A DNA stretch of 64,000 nt from Macrostomum lignano (GCA_002269645.1 NIVC01003113.1:1-64000); one strand, 5' to 3'; counted from the stretch's first letter, positions 26,405 through 41,067 are shown. The notes: a model not told the origin generated them from the sequence alone. Numbers and translations: made by a program.

Positions 26405-27617
26405 TTGCATACTTCCTCCGGCTCCGCGTCGTATATCATCAAGTGACGAAGACTGCTACAAACTGCTGCTTGCATATCTCCCAATGTCCAGAGACACAAA
26501 CACACTGGGATTCCAGAGATTCGGCCAACGATTGTTAAGATAAAAACACGATTGTCTGAATGTAATACTTTGCCCTGAAATGCCATTTTATTGAATTTTT
26601 GTCGTGATCGGTCTTGCAATACCAGCTACCTTTATGGCTACTTCTATGCAGCTTGAATTAACTAACCCAATCTATCCATGCCCGATATTTTCCAGACTAG
26701 TTTTGACCTAATTTTTAATTAAGTGCCTTGCCAAGAAATCAGTGCTTTGCTGATTACACACCTGCCTTATTCAATTTATGCCAATCAGATTTATTGCCTA
26801 TGATTTACTTTTTTAGCCATGCTAATTAGCCAGACAGTTGTTATGGCAACGTCCTTCCCATGTCTGAGTTCAGGTGCTGCAAAGTGCCAGTGACTGTGGA
26901 GCCTGCGATTTTTGTGCATTTTTTCAAGTTGAAAAGCCTAATGAATGCCTCACCATGGAAATACTGCAGCACTGTGCCTACCTTCCATAAACTCGTAATA
27001 TTTTGCTTGAAACTCTGCCAAATATTGTGTATAAATTGACTAAACGGGGGCTTCCATATTGAAATACAAACTAGCCACAATGCAATCTGCTTTTTTTCTG
27101 TTGCCATTTAAACAATTTAGCTATCGATAAAGAGTTTTGTTTTAATCAGACTGGATTATTGCTGCTTAAAGTTGCTGTTGAGCTTTGAAACAATCCAAAA
27201 TGAGATCGCAGCAGTGCGTGGTGTGTCTGTGAGATCATGTGACAACTGCAGTGAACTCACCCCCAGAGGAACGATTCCCGAGACTGCTCAAAGCGGGAGA
27301 GTGGGCGACTTTTCTGATCAATAAATTAAGCTCCCAGATCGGAACTGGCGCATACTGCTTGAGGATCGGGGAGAATTCCGTGACTGCAGACGAGAGACAG
27401 AATGGGGAAAACTTGCCAAGCTTGAATTCCTTTCCCGACATGAACGGCCAGGCTCTCAGCTATGCAGAAAGCAATAGGTATGGAAAGTTCTCAGGCACTG
27501 ATTCCAGTTTGCTTGACAAAAAGCAGAAAGCTTGCCTTTCCTGAAGATAATAAAGAAGCTTAAGATCGCATGACAATAACACTTTATTGACTTCTCTATA
27601 ATCCCATTTTTCGTTCT

Positions 27618-28221
27618 GCACTGGGCGCGGCAATTGCAATTTCCTCAAAATATGAGTACACCTTCGAAGCGTCTACGAGCGTAGTTTATACATAACCCAG
27701 ACTTCTTCCTGTAGAGCCATTCAAATCCAGACAATGTATACCTCCCACATGTTGCTCATGGTACACCGCCAACAATAAGACTCCAGTTATAAAAAATCAA
27801 CAAGCACAACCAACAAGACAATCTACAGGCAACAACAGCACAACCAACAAGACAATCTACAGGCAACAACAGCACAACCAACAAGACAATCTACAGGCAA
27901 CAACAGCACAACCAACAAGACAATCTACAGGCAACAACAGCACAACCAACAAGACAATCTACAGGCAACAACAGCACAACCAACAAGACAATCTACAGGC
28001 AACAACAGCACAAACGATCTAATCTTTGAAAAATGACAATTATTAAAACTACAAATAAATTCAAATACAAAAAGGGGCATCCAGCAGTGCATGGAAAGTG
28101 AAATCGAAACTTTTAGAAAATATATTTGGAGAGACAAAATTTAAATTCCTATAGAAATTTAATATTCCCGTCACAACTACGAGAATTAGGAAACATATAA
28201 AATTCCGCATGCGCCCAGTGC
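27618..28221. mobile_element. ~600-bp inverted-repeat element carrying a 34-bp tandem array (27798-28012)
   Basis: GCACTGGGCGC (27618-27628) / GCGCCCAGTGC (28211-28221) with weaker complementarity further in; internal (CAACAACAGCACAACCAACAAGACAATCTACAGG) about 6.5 copies. No clear TSD. Confidence 0.5.
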
Positions 28222-28595
28222 TTGCACGGTGCCTTATAACTAAATTTAGCCAGCACGGTTTTTGTAAACTGACGAAACTCACTAATAATCATACGCCACT
28301 TGATTCTTTTCTAGCAAATAGACTGCAAACAGCTGCATGATTGAGAAGAAAACTGTAAAATATGAAACTCCTACGAAGAAGCCCACTGAGCCGTTCTTTC
28401 TTGTGTTCTCCAACGGCTCTTCTAGACGAAAAAGCATTTGAATGAGCTTGAAATCAGAAAACTTCAATGTGTTTTACGATTGCAGGCACCGCTGCAACCA
28501 GCTGTTGGCCTGGCTTTCTCTTTTTCACTTTTGGTTTCTTCGTATAAGCAATATTAGAAATAATAAACTTATGTAGTACATACGCCTACGCCTCA

Positions 28596-29080
<485 letters not shown>

Positions 29081-29964
29081 GGATCTGCTCACCTGCGCAG
29101 AGCCGGTGGTAGCTGTCAGCGGTGGCTCAGCAGTGCAATTATCAGAGCGGGTCTCCAGCCCAGTTCCCGAAGCTCCCAGTTCCCAAAGCTATATACAGCA
29201 TACAGCAGGTCCTACACAAACGGAACCAAAGCTTAATTTTAGAACTGATGCACTGAGTCTATATTTAGCAACAAACACTTCAAGCTTGCAGTTGTCAGAG
29301 TCAGTGACTGACTGCACTAAACTAACCCAAATAATAACTTTCCAGTTGGCAACACCGCCTTTATGACCGAAACTTGAGCCGCCATAATTACCTAATAAAT
29401 CAGGCCTCAATGATTTCCGACCTTGTAATGAACCGTAAAATAGGTGCGGGTTCAACCGTATTTAGGAAACTATTGTACTATCATTAAAAAGAACTGCCTT
29501 AACTAGCTACTTCTAATTAAAGAAGAGTAGTATAATCAACGTTTTTTGTATAGTTTATCATACGACGTGGATAAATAGCTCGTAAATAAATAATGTGGAA
29601 AATAATGCTTACTGTATGCTACATTTTGCATGCATATTACACACACGAAAACCAATGTAGATGGACTTTGGCCAACTCCCAACTGCCCTTAGAAGTTCTG
29701 TGTAGATAAACACGCATTTCCTTTGGCCTAGGATGTAGCAGGATAGGATGCTGAGACAATTACCAAATGAGAATAGGGGCAGGGGGATTGGGGAAGCGGA
29801 TGGGATAAATGACTGGGGATGCCTCGCTTGGGGATTTGGTGAGCCCGACTGTCTCCGGGGGAAGCAGCTTTGCCTGAGTCTGTTTTTTGGCTGCTGAGAA
29901 GGGAATTCGCTTCTAACGAGTTCTCTGGAACCCTGACTAAGAGACAATTCATATTTGCCTGCTC

Positions 29965-30187
29965 ATCATCATTCTCATCCCCATTCTCATCCACATTCTC
30001 AACATCATTCTCATCCCCATTCTCATCCACATTCTCACTCCCATTCTCAACATAATTCTCATCCCCATTCTTATCCCCATTCTCATCCCCATTCTCATGC
30101 CCATTCTCATCCCCATTCTCAAGCCCATTCTCATCCCCATTCTCAACACCTCATATCATCCTCATACCCATTCTCATGCCCATTCTG
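29965..30187. repeat. 12-bp-based repeat (CCCATTCTCATC)n
   Basis: Read directly. Confidence 0.9.
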
Positions 30188-30619
30188 ATCCCTAGAAAAT
30201 CAATCATGCAATCCACTGTACAGTTTCATCATCCAACTCTTTGGCAACAGTAGGGTTAATCCTTATCAAAGACGGCCTCTTCAAAGAATTTCTCGGCAAA
30301 AAAATCAATCAGTGATATTCGGCTTCGCATCCAAGTATCCCCTAGAAGATTTATATGAAAGACGCGATGCTTCTTGAAGCAATGCAAGCAAAGGGGAGGC
30401 TACCAAAGCTGTAGAGATTAAAAGAAGCAACTTGTAGGCCTTCAGAAGCGGCTGTCACGCAAACTGACTAGCTGAGCTTCTTGGCCAAAGCAGACCGAGG
30501 GTATGTGATTAGATTTCAAAGAGCCAGCAGAGGTGAAACGGAGGGTGGGATGCGTCTGAAATGAGCTTCTGTGGACTTTAATTACCTATCTGTTCTCACA
30601 CCATTCTTAACCGAAATTA

Positions 30620-31495
30620 CTGTATCATTCTCATATCATTCTCATATCAGTCTCATATCATTCTCATATCATTCTCATATCATTCTCATATCATTCTCAT
30701 ATCATTCTCATATCACTCTCATATCATTCTCATATCATTCTCATATAATTCTCATATCACTCTCATATCATTCTCATATCACTCTCATATCATTCTCATA
30801 TCACTCTCATATCATTCTCATATCATTCTCATATAATTCTCATATCACTCTCATATCATTCTCATATCACTCTCATATCATTCTCATATCATTCTCATAT
30901 CATTCTCATATCACTCTCATATCATTCTCATATCAGTCTCATATCATTCTCATATCATTCTCATATAATTCTAGTACCATTCTCATATAATTCTCATAGC
31001 AGTCTCATATCATTCTCATATCACTCTCATATCATTCTCACATCATTCTCATATAATTCTCATATCACTCTCATATCATTCTCATATCACTCTCATATCA
31101 TTCTCATATCATTCTCATATCATTCTCATATCACTCTCATATCATTCTCATATCAGTCTCATATCATTCTCATATCATTCTCATATAATTCTAGTACCAT
31201 TCTCATATAATTCTCATATCAGTCTCATATCATTCTCATATCACTCTCATATCATTCTCATATCATTCTCATATAATTCTCATATCACTCTCATATCATT
31301 CTCATATCACTCTCATATCATTCGCATATCAGTCTCATATCATTCTCATATCAGTCTCATATCATTCTCATATCATTCTCATATCATTCTCATATCAGTC
31401 TCATATCATTTTCGTATTATTCTAATATCATTCTCATATCATTCTCATATCACTCTCGTATCATTCTCATATCATTCTCATATCATTCTCATATA
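30620..31495. repeat. 11-bp minisatellite (TCATTCTCATA)n
   Basis: Read directly; shares the CATTCTCAT core with the preceding array. Confidence 0.95.
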
Positions 31496-31957
31496 AGATT
31501 TCAGTCTGAAAGAGAAAAAAGTTGCAGAGAACTCCTGCAAACAAGTTGCAGAGTTTTGAGTCACATCAAACAAGAGCGGGAAATTTATTTCAAATTTTAT
31601 TCAGCTAGTAAAACAAATAACAGAACAGCTACACAAAAATACACAACAGTTGGTTATACAGACCTGTTATTTAAACTAATTGTTTATAAAAATTCTAAAT
31701 AATTTTTTTATTTTAATATAGCGCAGTTCAAAAACGACACAATTACGCCTTCTTGGCAGGACTGTCTCTCTAATTACTGTTTGATTGACAGCAGTGAGTA
31801 AAAACAGGTGTAACATTATTTCGCCGCACGAATTTAAATGACGGCTAGGCAAGTCACGTGACTCTATGGCGATGGACTAATAGTAAGTAGGTACGGCTTA
31901 ATTAATTACAATATGATGTTTTTCTAACAAAACTGAAGCTTTTTTACCTAGAGGTTC

Positions 31958-32200
31958 ATGAGCCTTGGCACCTGTCTAAACAATTCCCAATGAGCCTTGG
32001 CACCTGTCTGAACAATTCCCAATGAGCCTTGGCACCTGTCTGAACAATTCCCCATGAGCCTTGGCAACCACCTAAACAATTCCCCATGAACCTTGGCACC
32101 TGTCTGAACAATTCCCCATGAGCCTAGGCACCTATCTGAACAATTCCTCGTGAACCTTGGCAACTACCTGAACAATTCCTCCTGAGCCTTGGCCACCTGA
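31958..32200. repeat. 32-bp minisatellite (ATGAGCCTTGGCACCTGTCTGAACAATTCCCC)n downstream of the GPCR stop
   Basis: About 7 copies. Confidence 0.9.
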
Positions 32201-32339
32201 GCCAAAGTTTTCAATTGGTTGGAGACTGGCAAACCAGCAAAGTGCATTTTACATTTATCATCGAATTTCTCTCACTAAAAATCAATTTATTAGTTTGTTG
32301 CTCAGCCTGAATTTACTCTGCTGCTACTATGAGTAGCTG

Positions 32340-35300
32340 CTACTTTGCCGGAATGCTTCGCTGACTTGCTCGCCGATTTCTCTTTGTTGAAGCTTCGTGC
32401 CAGGCGGCACTGGCGGCGCTGCACCGTCCCAGAGGCTGCAGCTCGGCCATGGGCACCGCCTGCTGTTCTCCGTGCCGCCTCCCGCCTCTGCCACCGCCTT
32501 CGCCTTCACCACCGCGGCCGCAGAGCTTCAACAGCCGGCAGGCCAGCAGGCTAGCAAACTCCTGGCGGAATTTCCGGCTGAACAAATAGTACGGCACAAT
32601 GTTGATGGCGGAGTTCAGCACCACCAGCAGGTTGGACACCTCGTAGAAGGTGAACACCGGCATGCCGACCGTGCCGTTGGTGTGCACCGGCCGGACGCTC
32701 CAGAGCACGTGCGACACCGCGGCGGGGATCTGGCAGGTGAAGAACAGGCAGATGACGCCGATCAGCATCAGGTTGGTGTCGCTACGACGCCGCTCGCTGG
32801 CGTTGATCTGACGGCCGCGGCGGCGGGAGCGGCGGACCTCCAGGATCAGGAAGACGTTCATGACGGCGATGCAGACGAAGGGCAGAGCCACCACCAGCAG
32901 CAGCCACGCGGTGAGGTGGTAGGCGATGCGGAAGGAGTCTGACAGGCCGAAACCGGACGTGTGAAACCACTGGATGGTGCCGAGTTCCTCGTACACCTGC
33001 AGTTTCTCCAGCTGCTCGCTGTGCAGCCAGCTGGACGCATTGCCGAGGCCCTGCAGGGTGTCATTCAGCCCGAGCCGGTAGGGCCAGTCGTGCCGGAAGA
33101 TCACCTGTTCGAAGGCGCGCGGCAACGAATAGACGCCGGCTCCGGCGAAGATGGCGCCGATCACGCAGTAGACGATTCGGCGGCTGCAACGACGCTCGGC
33201 GACGAACGGGTGGCAGATCATCACGTAGCGGTCGACGGTAAAGGCCAGGGTGAGCCAGACCGAAGCCACCTGCGGCATGGCAGGGTGGGGAGGCTGAGTG
33301 AGTGATGGAGTGGAGTGACTTTGAAGCTGAGCTGAGTGACTGATGGAGTGGAGTAACTCTTTGAAGCTGAGTGACTGATGGAGTGACTCTATGAAGCTGA
33401 GTGAGTGATGGAGTGACTCTTTGAAGCTGAGTGAGTGATGGAGTGACTCTATGAAGCTGAGTGACTGATGGAGTGGAGTAACTCTTTGAAGCTGAGTGAC
33501 TGATGGAGTGACTCTATGAAGCTGAGTGAGTGATGGAGTGACTCTATTATGAAGCTGAGTGAGTGATGGAGTGACTCTATTATGAAGCTGAGTGAGTGAT
33601 GGAGTGACTCTCTTAGGCTGAGTGAGTGATGGAGGGACTCTATTATGAAGCTGAGTGAGTGATGGAGTGACTCTATTATGAAGCTGAGTGAGTGATGGAG
33701 TTGAGTCAATCTATGAAACTGAGTCAGTGATGGAGTGACTCTATTATGAAGCTGAGGGAGTGATGGAGTTGAGTCAATCTATGAAACTGAGTGAGTGATG
33801 GAGTGACTCTATTATGAAGCTGAGTGAGTGATGGAGGGACTCTATTATGAAGCTGAGTGAGTGATGGAGGGACTCTATTATGAAGCTGAGTGAGTGATGG
33901 AGGGACTCTATTATGAAGCTGAGTGAGTGATGGAGGGACTCTATTATGAAGCTGAGTGAGTGATGGAGTGACTCTATTATGAAGCTGAGTGAGTGATGGA
34001 GGGACTCTATTATGAAGCTGAGTGAGTGATGGAGGGACTCTATTATGAAGCTGAATGAGTGATGGAGGGACTCTATTATGAAGCTGAGTGAGTGATGGAG
34101 TGACTCTATTATGAAGCTGAGTGAGTGATGGAGTGACTCTATTATGAAGCTGAGTGAGTGATGGAGTTGAGTCAATCTATGAAGCTGAGTGAGTGATGGA
34201 GTTGAGTCAATCTATGAAACTGAGTGAGTGATGAGTGGAGAGACGCGATCAGCCTGAGTGCGTACACACAGGTATGCAGTCTGTGCAAAAGATAAAAAGG
34301 CATAAATCTGTAGTTCCATGCACGTGCTCAAGTGCGAAAGCAGCAGAGCAGGAGCAGCATGGGTCCCGCAGTAACAGATCTGTTGAGAGCGCTGCTCCGA
34401 GCTCTCAAGTGCTCGAGTACGGACAGATAGACGGCAATAATCCTCAGCTTCCAGCATCCTATTAAATTTCCAATGCAATGCATTCTAACATGTTGGACAC
34501 CTTGCAGAAACTGAGGATCTGTGTTTGTCAGGTGAGACTAAGGAAAATTTCGCACCTTCAGTTTGGGGTAAGCAGTAAAGTACATTCCTGCTTCGCAAAT
34601 TTTCCAGACTTTCGAATCAAATATCTCGGTTCTAAATAAAAAATTCAACTGCACCTTATTTTTTAATTTTCGCTACTATGACATCTGTCCCAGATAGCTA
34701 CTGATCCTGTCTACTGACAAAATCTGACAAAATTAGAATGCTCGCTACATCTTCACAATCAGTGTGGCGCACTGGTTATAACTCTGGGGAAAGGAAAAAA
34801 AATTGAAAAGTGCAAGAGGCTGGGAGGGACGGATAGCGAAATCGCGCGCATGGGGCAACTCTGGTAGATCTGTCAAAAAAAGCTGTATGACTGCCTGCTC
34901 GCTATTATTCAATTTTCATTCCCATTGCGTGCTGGAGAGAGTCGAATTTTTTTGTCTTGCTCAACAAAATTTAGAATTTCGAAGGGCTATGGTTAAGCAT
35001 ATGGAATAGCTATGATGAGCGTTTTCTACTCTATCCTGCAGTCATTGGGTGAAAGGATAAGCATTGGTTTGAGGATTTCAATTGAATTCATTCCATATTA
35101 TCTTATTCGTTGCTAGGGGCAACGGTTGAACTCTAGGCTATAAATGAATGAATGAGTGAGAGTCGAAGAACGGTTCGGCCATAGACAGTTTGTCTGTGCA
35201 CTGGGATTGACTTTATGATGAGACCATAGACAGTCGCTCTCTACTGCAGTGTGTAATGATTAATGAATGACGTAGAGTGAGGCCAGGAGCTTTGGCCATA

Positions 35301-38300
35301 GACAGTTTATTATTTGCAGTGTGGAATGAACGAATTAGAAGTGAAACCAGGGGGTTTCAGCCATAGACAGTTTATTATGTGCAGTGTGGAATGAATGACT
35401 CAGAAGTGAGGCCAGGGGGTTTCAGCCATAGACAGTTTATTATGTGCAGTGTGGAATGAATGACTCAGAAGTGAGGCCAGGGGGTTTCAGCCATAGACAG
35501 TTTATTATGTGCAGTGTGGAATGAATGACTCAGAAGTGAGGCCAGCAGGGTGGTTCGGCCATAGAGAGACTATTTCTACAGCCAGTCGGGCGTTCAAAAA
35601 GCCGAAGAATTACCCAGAAATCTAATAAAATTAATTCTGCTCCTTATTAACAAAAATTCGGCCAAACAGCTAGCACCAAACAGCAGCAATGTCAAGACAT
35701 TGTGGCACCAGTGATTTGGGCTTCCACCGTCAACCGTCAACCTTCTTTATTTTTGAGCAGCCCTATTAGCTACCGTCCCGCTCTCATATCCGGTGTCACA
35801 GAGCCAGCTTTATTGCAATTCCATATGCGAGCATATATCTATTTAGAACTGCGGCGGGAGTAAAAAACAAAAGAATTCATTGCAAGCATTTGCGCGAGAC
35901 TAAAAAAATCTGCTTCTTTCGCCAAAGAGAGAGAGAGAGAGAGAACTTCTGCTCCCAGGAGATTCGTTAAAGGCTCGAATTTTGGCCATATTTTCGACTT
36001 ACTCCCCGGGGGAAATCTTTTTCAACGAGTTCTGGGAAGAAAAAAACTTCGATAAAAAAGCTTGCTTATGAAACTTTATGGGTTAATAAATATTATAATC
36101 CATTTTATTCCTGCTTTAATCCTTAATATTCGCTTAACTCGGATTAGAGCTGAGCGAAGGTCGGTTGAGGATCTTAGCGTCAACCACTGGGGATCGGGAA
36201 ACTCTTTTTTGCATGCACGGGATTTTTTACTTTTACTGACACTTTGTACTGAGGCTCTGAATGCATGGGAAGAGCGCTGGAAAGAGAGATAGAGGGAGAG
36301 AGGGAGAGAGGGAGAGAGGGAGAGAGGGAGAGAGGGAGAGAGGGAGAGAGGGAGAGAGGGAGAGAGGGAGAGAGGGAGAGAGGGAGAAAAGGTGAGAGGG
36401 AGAGAGAGTGAGAGGGAGAGAGGGAGAGAGGGAGAGAGGGAGAGAGGGTGAGAGGGTGAGAGGGAGAGAGGGAGAGAGGGAGAGAGGGAGAGAGAGAGAG
36501 AGGGAGAGAGAGAGAGGGAGAGAGGGAGAGAGGGAGTGAGGGAGACAGGGAGAGAGGGAGTGAGGGAGACAGGGAGAGAGGGAGAGAGGGTGAGAGGGAG
36601 AGAGGGAGAGAGGGAGACAGGGAGACAGGGAGAGAGGGAGAGAGGGAGAGAGGGAGACAGGGAGACAGGGAGAGAGGGAGAGAGGGTGAGAGGGAGAGAG
36701 GGAGAGAGGGAGACAGGGAGACAGGGAGAGAGGGAGAGAGGGAGACAGGGAGACAGGGAGAGAGGGAGAGAGGGTGAGAGGGAGAGAGGGAGAGAGGGAG
36801 ACAGGGAGACAGGGAGAGAGGGAGAGAGGGAAAAGGGAAGGAAGAGGGAAAAGAGAAAGAACGGCGATGAAGTGAGATGGAACTAATCACAGACAGATGG
36901 CCCATAAGACGGTGGAATACACAAGTAAAAAAGGAAGTGAAATAGCTATAAAAAGTGGAAGCGATTCAGAGGGACATTATCAGATAGAGCATGCACAGAG
37001 AGACTGGTGCAGAGAACACACACAGAGAAAGAAGCTGAAAGCTGGGGCGATACTGAAATGGGATGGAGATACGAAAGGCCGGTAGACAAGGGGAACCAGT
37101 TTCTTTTTGCTAGGATTGCAAAATCCCGAGATTCCAAATTTAGTTATAGTTTCAGTCACGAAGTGGCTTTGCAATAAAAATAATGCAATTTTCTCGGAGA
37201 CAAATGGATAAAAAAATTCTTGGTCTGAGCTGATGAGACTGGCCCATCATCAGTCATAGTGGAAAGTACACATCAAAGTTTTATAGCCTTGAAGCCCGAG
37301 GGTAGACTGTAGACTCAATAATTTTATTAATTATAGGAAAAAGTAGCTATTATTTTCCAACTGAATGGTAAAATACCATATTTTCACCAGCATAAAAGCC
37401 TGTCTCTTGGAGGGCGCCACTGTCTCATGGTGAGTGCCCCTGTCTCTTGGAGGGCGCCACTGTCTCATGGTGGGCGCCCCTATCTCTTGGAGGGCGCCAC
37501 TGTCTCTTGGAGGGCGCCACTGTCTCATGGTGAGCGCCCCTGTCTCATGGAGGGCGCCCCTGTCTCTTGGTGGGCGCCCCTGTCTCTTGGTGGGCGCCCC
37601 TGTCTCTTGGTGAGCACCCCTGTCTCATGGTGGGCGCCACTGTCTCATGGTGGGCGCCACTGTCTCTTGGTAGGCGCCCCTGTCTCTTGGAGGGCGCCAC
37701 TGTCTCTTGGTGGGCGCCCCTGTCTCTTGGTGGGCGCCCCTGTCTCTTGGTGGGCACCCCTGTCTCATGGTGGGCGCCCCTGTCTCTTGGTGGGCGCCCC
37801 TGTCTCTTGGTGGGCACCCCTGTCTCATGGTGAGCGCCCCTGTCTCATGGTGGGCGCCCCTGTCTCATGGTGGGCGCCACTGTCTCATGGTGGGCGCCCC
37901 TGTCTCTTGGTGGGCGCCCCTGTCTTTTGGTGAGCACCCCTGTCTCATGGTGGGCGCCACTGTCTCATGGTGGGCGCCACTGTCTCTTGGTGGGCACCCC
38001 TGTCTCATGGTGAGCGCCCCTGTCTCATGGTGGGCGCCCCTGTCTCATGGTGGGCGCCACTGTCTCATGGTGGGCGCCCCTGTCTCTTGGTGGGCGCCCC
38101 TGTCTTTTGGTGAGCACCCCTGTCTCATGGTGGGCGCCACTGTCTCATGGTGGGCGCCACTGTCTCTTGGTGGGCACCCCTGTCTCATGGTGGGCGCCCC
38201 TGTCTCATGGTGGGCGCCCCTGTCTCTTGGTGGGCGCCCCTATCTCTTGGAGGGCGCCACTGTCTCATGGTGGGCGCCCCTGTCTCTTGGTGGGCACCCC

Positions 38301-38970
38301 TGTCTCTTGGTGGGCAACCCGTCTCTTGGTGGGCACCCCTGTCTCTTGGAGGGCGCCACTGTCTTTTGGTGGGCAGCCCCTGTCTCTTGGTGGGCAACCC
38401 GTCTCTTGGTGGGCAGCCCCTGTCTCTTGGTGGGCACCCCTGTCTCTTGGTGGGCAGCCCCTGTCTCTTAGGGGGCCTTTATGACTTTATTACCAGACTG
38501 TAAACAAAGCAGTAAACCAGACCATAAACCAACTTGTAAACCAGACAGTCAGACAGTAAGCCAGACCATAAACCCCTGTGAACCAGACAGTCAGACAGTA
38601 AACCAGACCATAAACTGCACTGAAACGCTGCAAACCAGGCCCAAATTCGCACCTGAAACATAAGGTTCAACGCGTGCGAATAAATATAGACATGCGGCAG
38701 CCAGGTCGAGTCCCGCCAGACCAGGTACTCGGGCTGATCAAATTCCGGGCGAGTGTCCTTCAGGAAGGTGAGCAGCGACATGAGCAGCACCATGGTGTCG
38801 GCCACCGACAGGGCCATCAGGTACAGATTGGTGCTGCTGCTCCGCATGGACTTTTTAGACAGCACTACCAGGGAGAGGCAGTTGGCCAGCACGCCCAGGC
38901 AGCAGATGGCTGTGCCCGCGCAGCCGAACATGTAGAAGCTCAGCTTCCGAGCCTCTCTGAACTCCGCCAT
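32340..38970 (-). CDS. Rhodopsin-class peptide GPCR, FMRFamide-receptor-like, 415 aa; complement(join(32340..33269,38653..38970))
   Basis: TM1 GVLAN, TM2 LMALSVAD, phase-0 junction LNLMFQ|[24 protein letters not shown]5 ALPF, TM6 FFTCQIP, TM7 [13 protein letters not shown] intron 33270-38652. Ligand assignment is inference. Confidence 0.92.
33293..34232. repeat. 33-bp minisatellite (GAAGCTGAGTGAGTGATGGAGTGACTCTATTAT)n in the GPCR intron
   Basis: Read directly; abuts the acceptor region. Confidence 0.95.
35165..35566. repeat. 65-bp tandem repeat, each unit starting CCATAGACAG
   Basis: CCATAGAC at 35296, 35361, 35426, 35491 (exact 65-bp period), degenerate units at 35179 and 35224, and CCATAGAG at 35559. 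Confidence 0.9.
36292..36835. repeat. (GAGAGGGA)n 8-bp purine repeat
   Basis: Read directly. Confidence 0.95.
37400..38470. repeat. 20-bp minisatellite (TGTCTCTTGGTGGGCGCCCC)n
   Basis: About 53 copies in the GPCR intron. Confidence 0.96.
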
Positions 38971-39239
38971 CGGTTTCAATGGAAGCTAGTCTCTTGTGAA
39001 ATCTGAAACTCCCGAGAAATGGCGACGCAGAGCAGAACTCACAGGCTGCCGCATTCTGCACTTCACATTCGAAGCAACTAAAGTCTGGCCCGTACTTGTC
39101 ACCCGACAAACACTTTGATTGGCTCGGTCTGTCTGGATGCGGCAGCTGGGCTTGGCTTGCGATTGGCCGACAGCTCATTTTAAGCAATAACTGCAGAGAG
39201 AGAAGAATTAAAGCGACCGGGCCCGTCTAGTTAGAGTTA

Positions 39240-40240
39240 GACTGTAGAAAAGATTACACTATGTGGAAGACTGTAGAACAGACTGAATAACAGACTGTAG
39301 AACAGACTCTAGAAAAGACTGTAGAACAGACTGTAGAACAGACTGTAGAACAGACTGTAGAACAGACTGTAGAACAGACTGTAGAACAGACTGTAGAACA
39401 GACTGTAGAACAGACTCTAGAACAGACTGTAGAACAGACTGTAGAACAGACTGAAGAACAGACTGTAGAACAGACTCTAGAACAGACTGTAGAACAAACT
39501 GTAGAACAGACTGTAGAACAGACTGTAGAACAGACTGTAGAACAGACTGTAGAACAGACTGTAGAACAGACTGTAGAACAGACTGTAGAACAGACTGTAG
39601 AACAGTCTGTAGAACAGACTGTAGAACAGACTCTAGAACAGACTGTAGAACAGACTGTAGAACAGACTCTAGAACAGACTCTAGAACAGACTGTAGAACA
39701 GACTGAAGAACAGACTGAAGAACAGACTGTAGAACAGACTGTAGAACAGACTGTAGAACAGACTGTAGAACAGACTGTAGAACAGACTGTAGAACAGACT
39801 GTAGAACAGACAGTAGAACAGACTGAAGAACAGACTGTAGAACAGACTGAAGAACAGACTGTAGAATAGACTGAAGAACAGACTGTAGAACAGACTGTAG
39901 AACAAACTGTAGAACAGATTCTAGAACAGACTGTAGAACAGACTGTAGAACAGACTGTAGAACAGACTGTAGAACAGACTGTAGAACAGACTCCAGAACA
40001 GACTGTAGAACAGACTCTAGAACAGACTGTAGAACAGACTCCAGAACAGACTGTAGAACAGACTCCAGAACAGACTGTAGAACAGACTGTAGAACAGACT
40101 CCAGAACAGACTGTAGAACAGACTCCAGAACAGACTGTAGAACAGACTGTAAAACAGACTACAGAGACTGTAGAAAAGAGTCTAAAACGGATTGTAGAAA
40201 AGACTGTAGAAAAAACAGTAAAAATGACTGTAAAACAGAC
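39240..40240. repeat. 12-bp minisatellite (AGAACAGACTGT)n
   Basis: About 80 copies upstream of the GPCR start. Confidence 0.97.
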
Positions 40241-41067
40241 TATAAGAAACAAATCCCTAAATCAAGACTATAAAGAGTGCTTCCCATAGAAAACGGCACT
40301 GCTTGTGTGTGGATCTTCCTGTATCGAACTGTTTGCATTGAATCGAGCAGCTAATTAGCTAGCTAACATTCTATAAATGGCAGGCTTATTACATGTACTT
40401 GTCCGCCTGAGCGCAAAGTGAGCCAAGGATGAAATAAATGAAGCGAATGCACACAGGACTAATTGCTCAGCAGATTTGCTCAACTTCATTGAGCAGAGCC
40501 AGGCCAGACAGAGAAAATATTTGCTTATCTACCAGGTCATTAGGCTTGAACAAAGACTAAAGTTACCTTGCAGACATGTATTTATTGGGAAAATAATCCG
40601 ATTTTGAGCTGAACACGCGGCGCCACCTGCCCGTAAATCGCATCCGGCATGCAATATAATAAACGATTCGAGCCCCAGCTCTGCCTTGTCAACAGAACTA
40701 TGAGCTAAAACGATTTGCCAATTGGCCTCAATACCTGCGATATTCAGCTGTAAAAATAATTGAAATTTACCGAGTAGTGAGGGAGCACGAGAAATGCCCG
40801 CCGAGAATTGCCCTTTTTTACTGCAGCGCATTTGGCAGCTAGATTGTCTGCATTGCCCGGCCCCCCAAAAATTATGCATTTGATATGCAGTTACTATCAA
40901 AAAGTTTTGATCGTGTAAATCTCTTTACTAAGATGTATTACATGTAATAAGCATTGGGAAGACAATGCAGACAAAATCTGCAGTAAAAAAGCATTGCGGG
41001 CAAACCTCGGCGGGCAACTCGCTCGCGGGCAAATTGCACTGCGGGCAAATCTCATGGACCCGAGTAA

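Noticed and set aside
40790-41055. Cluster of GCGGGCAA / TTGCCC motifs suggesting a transposon end
   Set aside because: No matching TIR pair or TSD could be defined.
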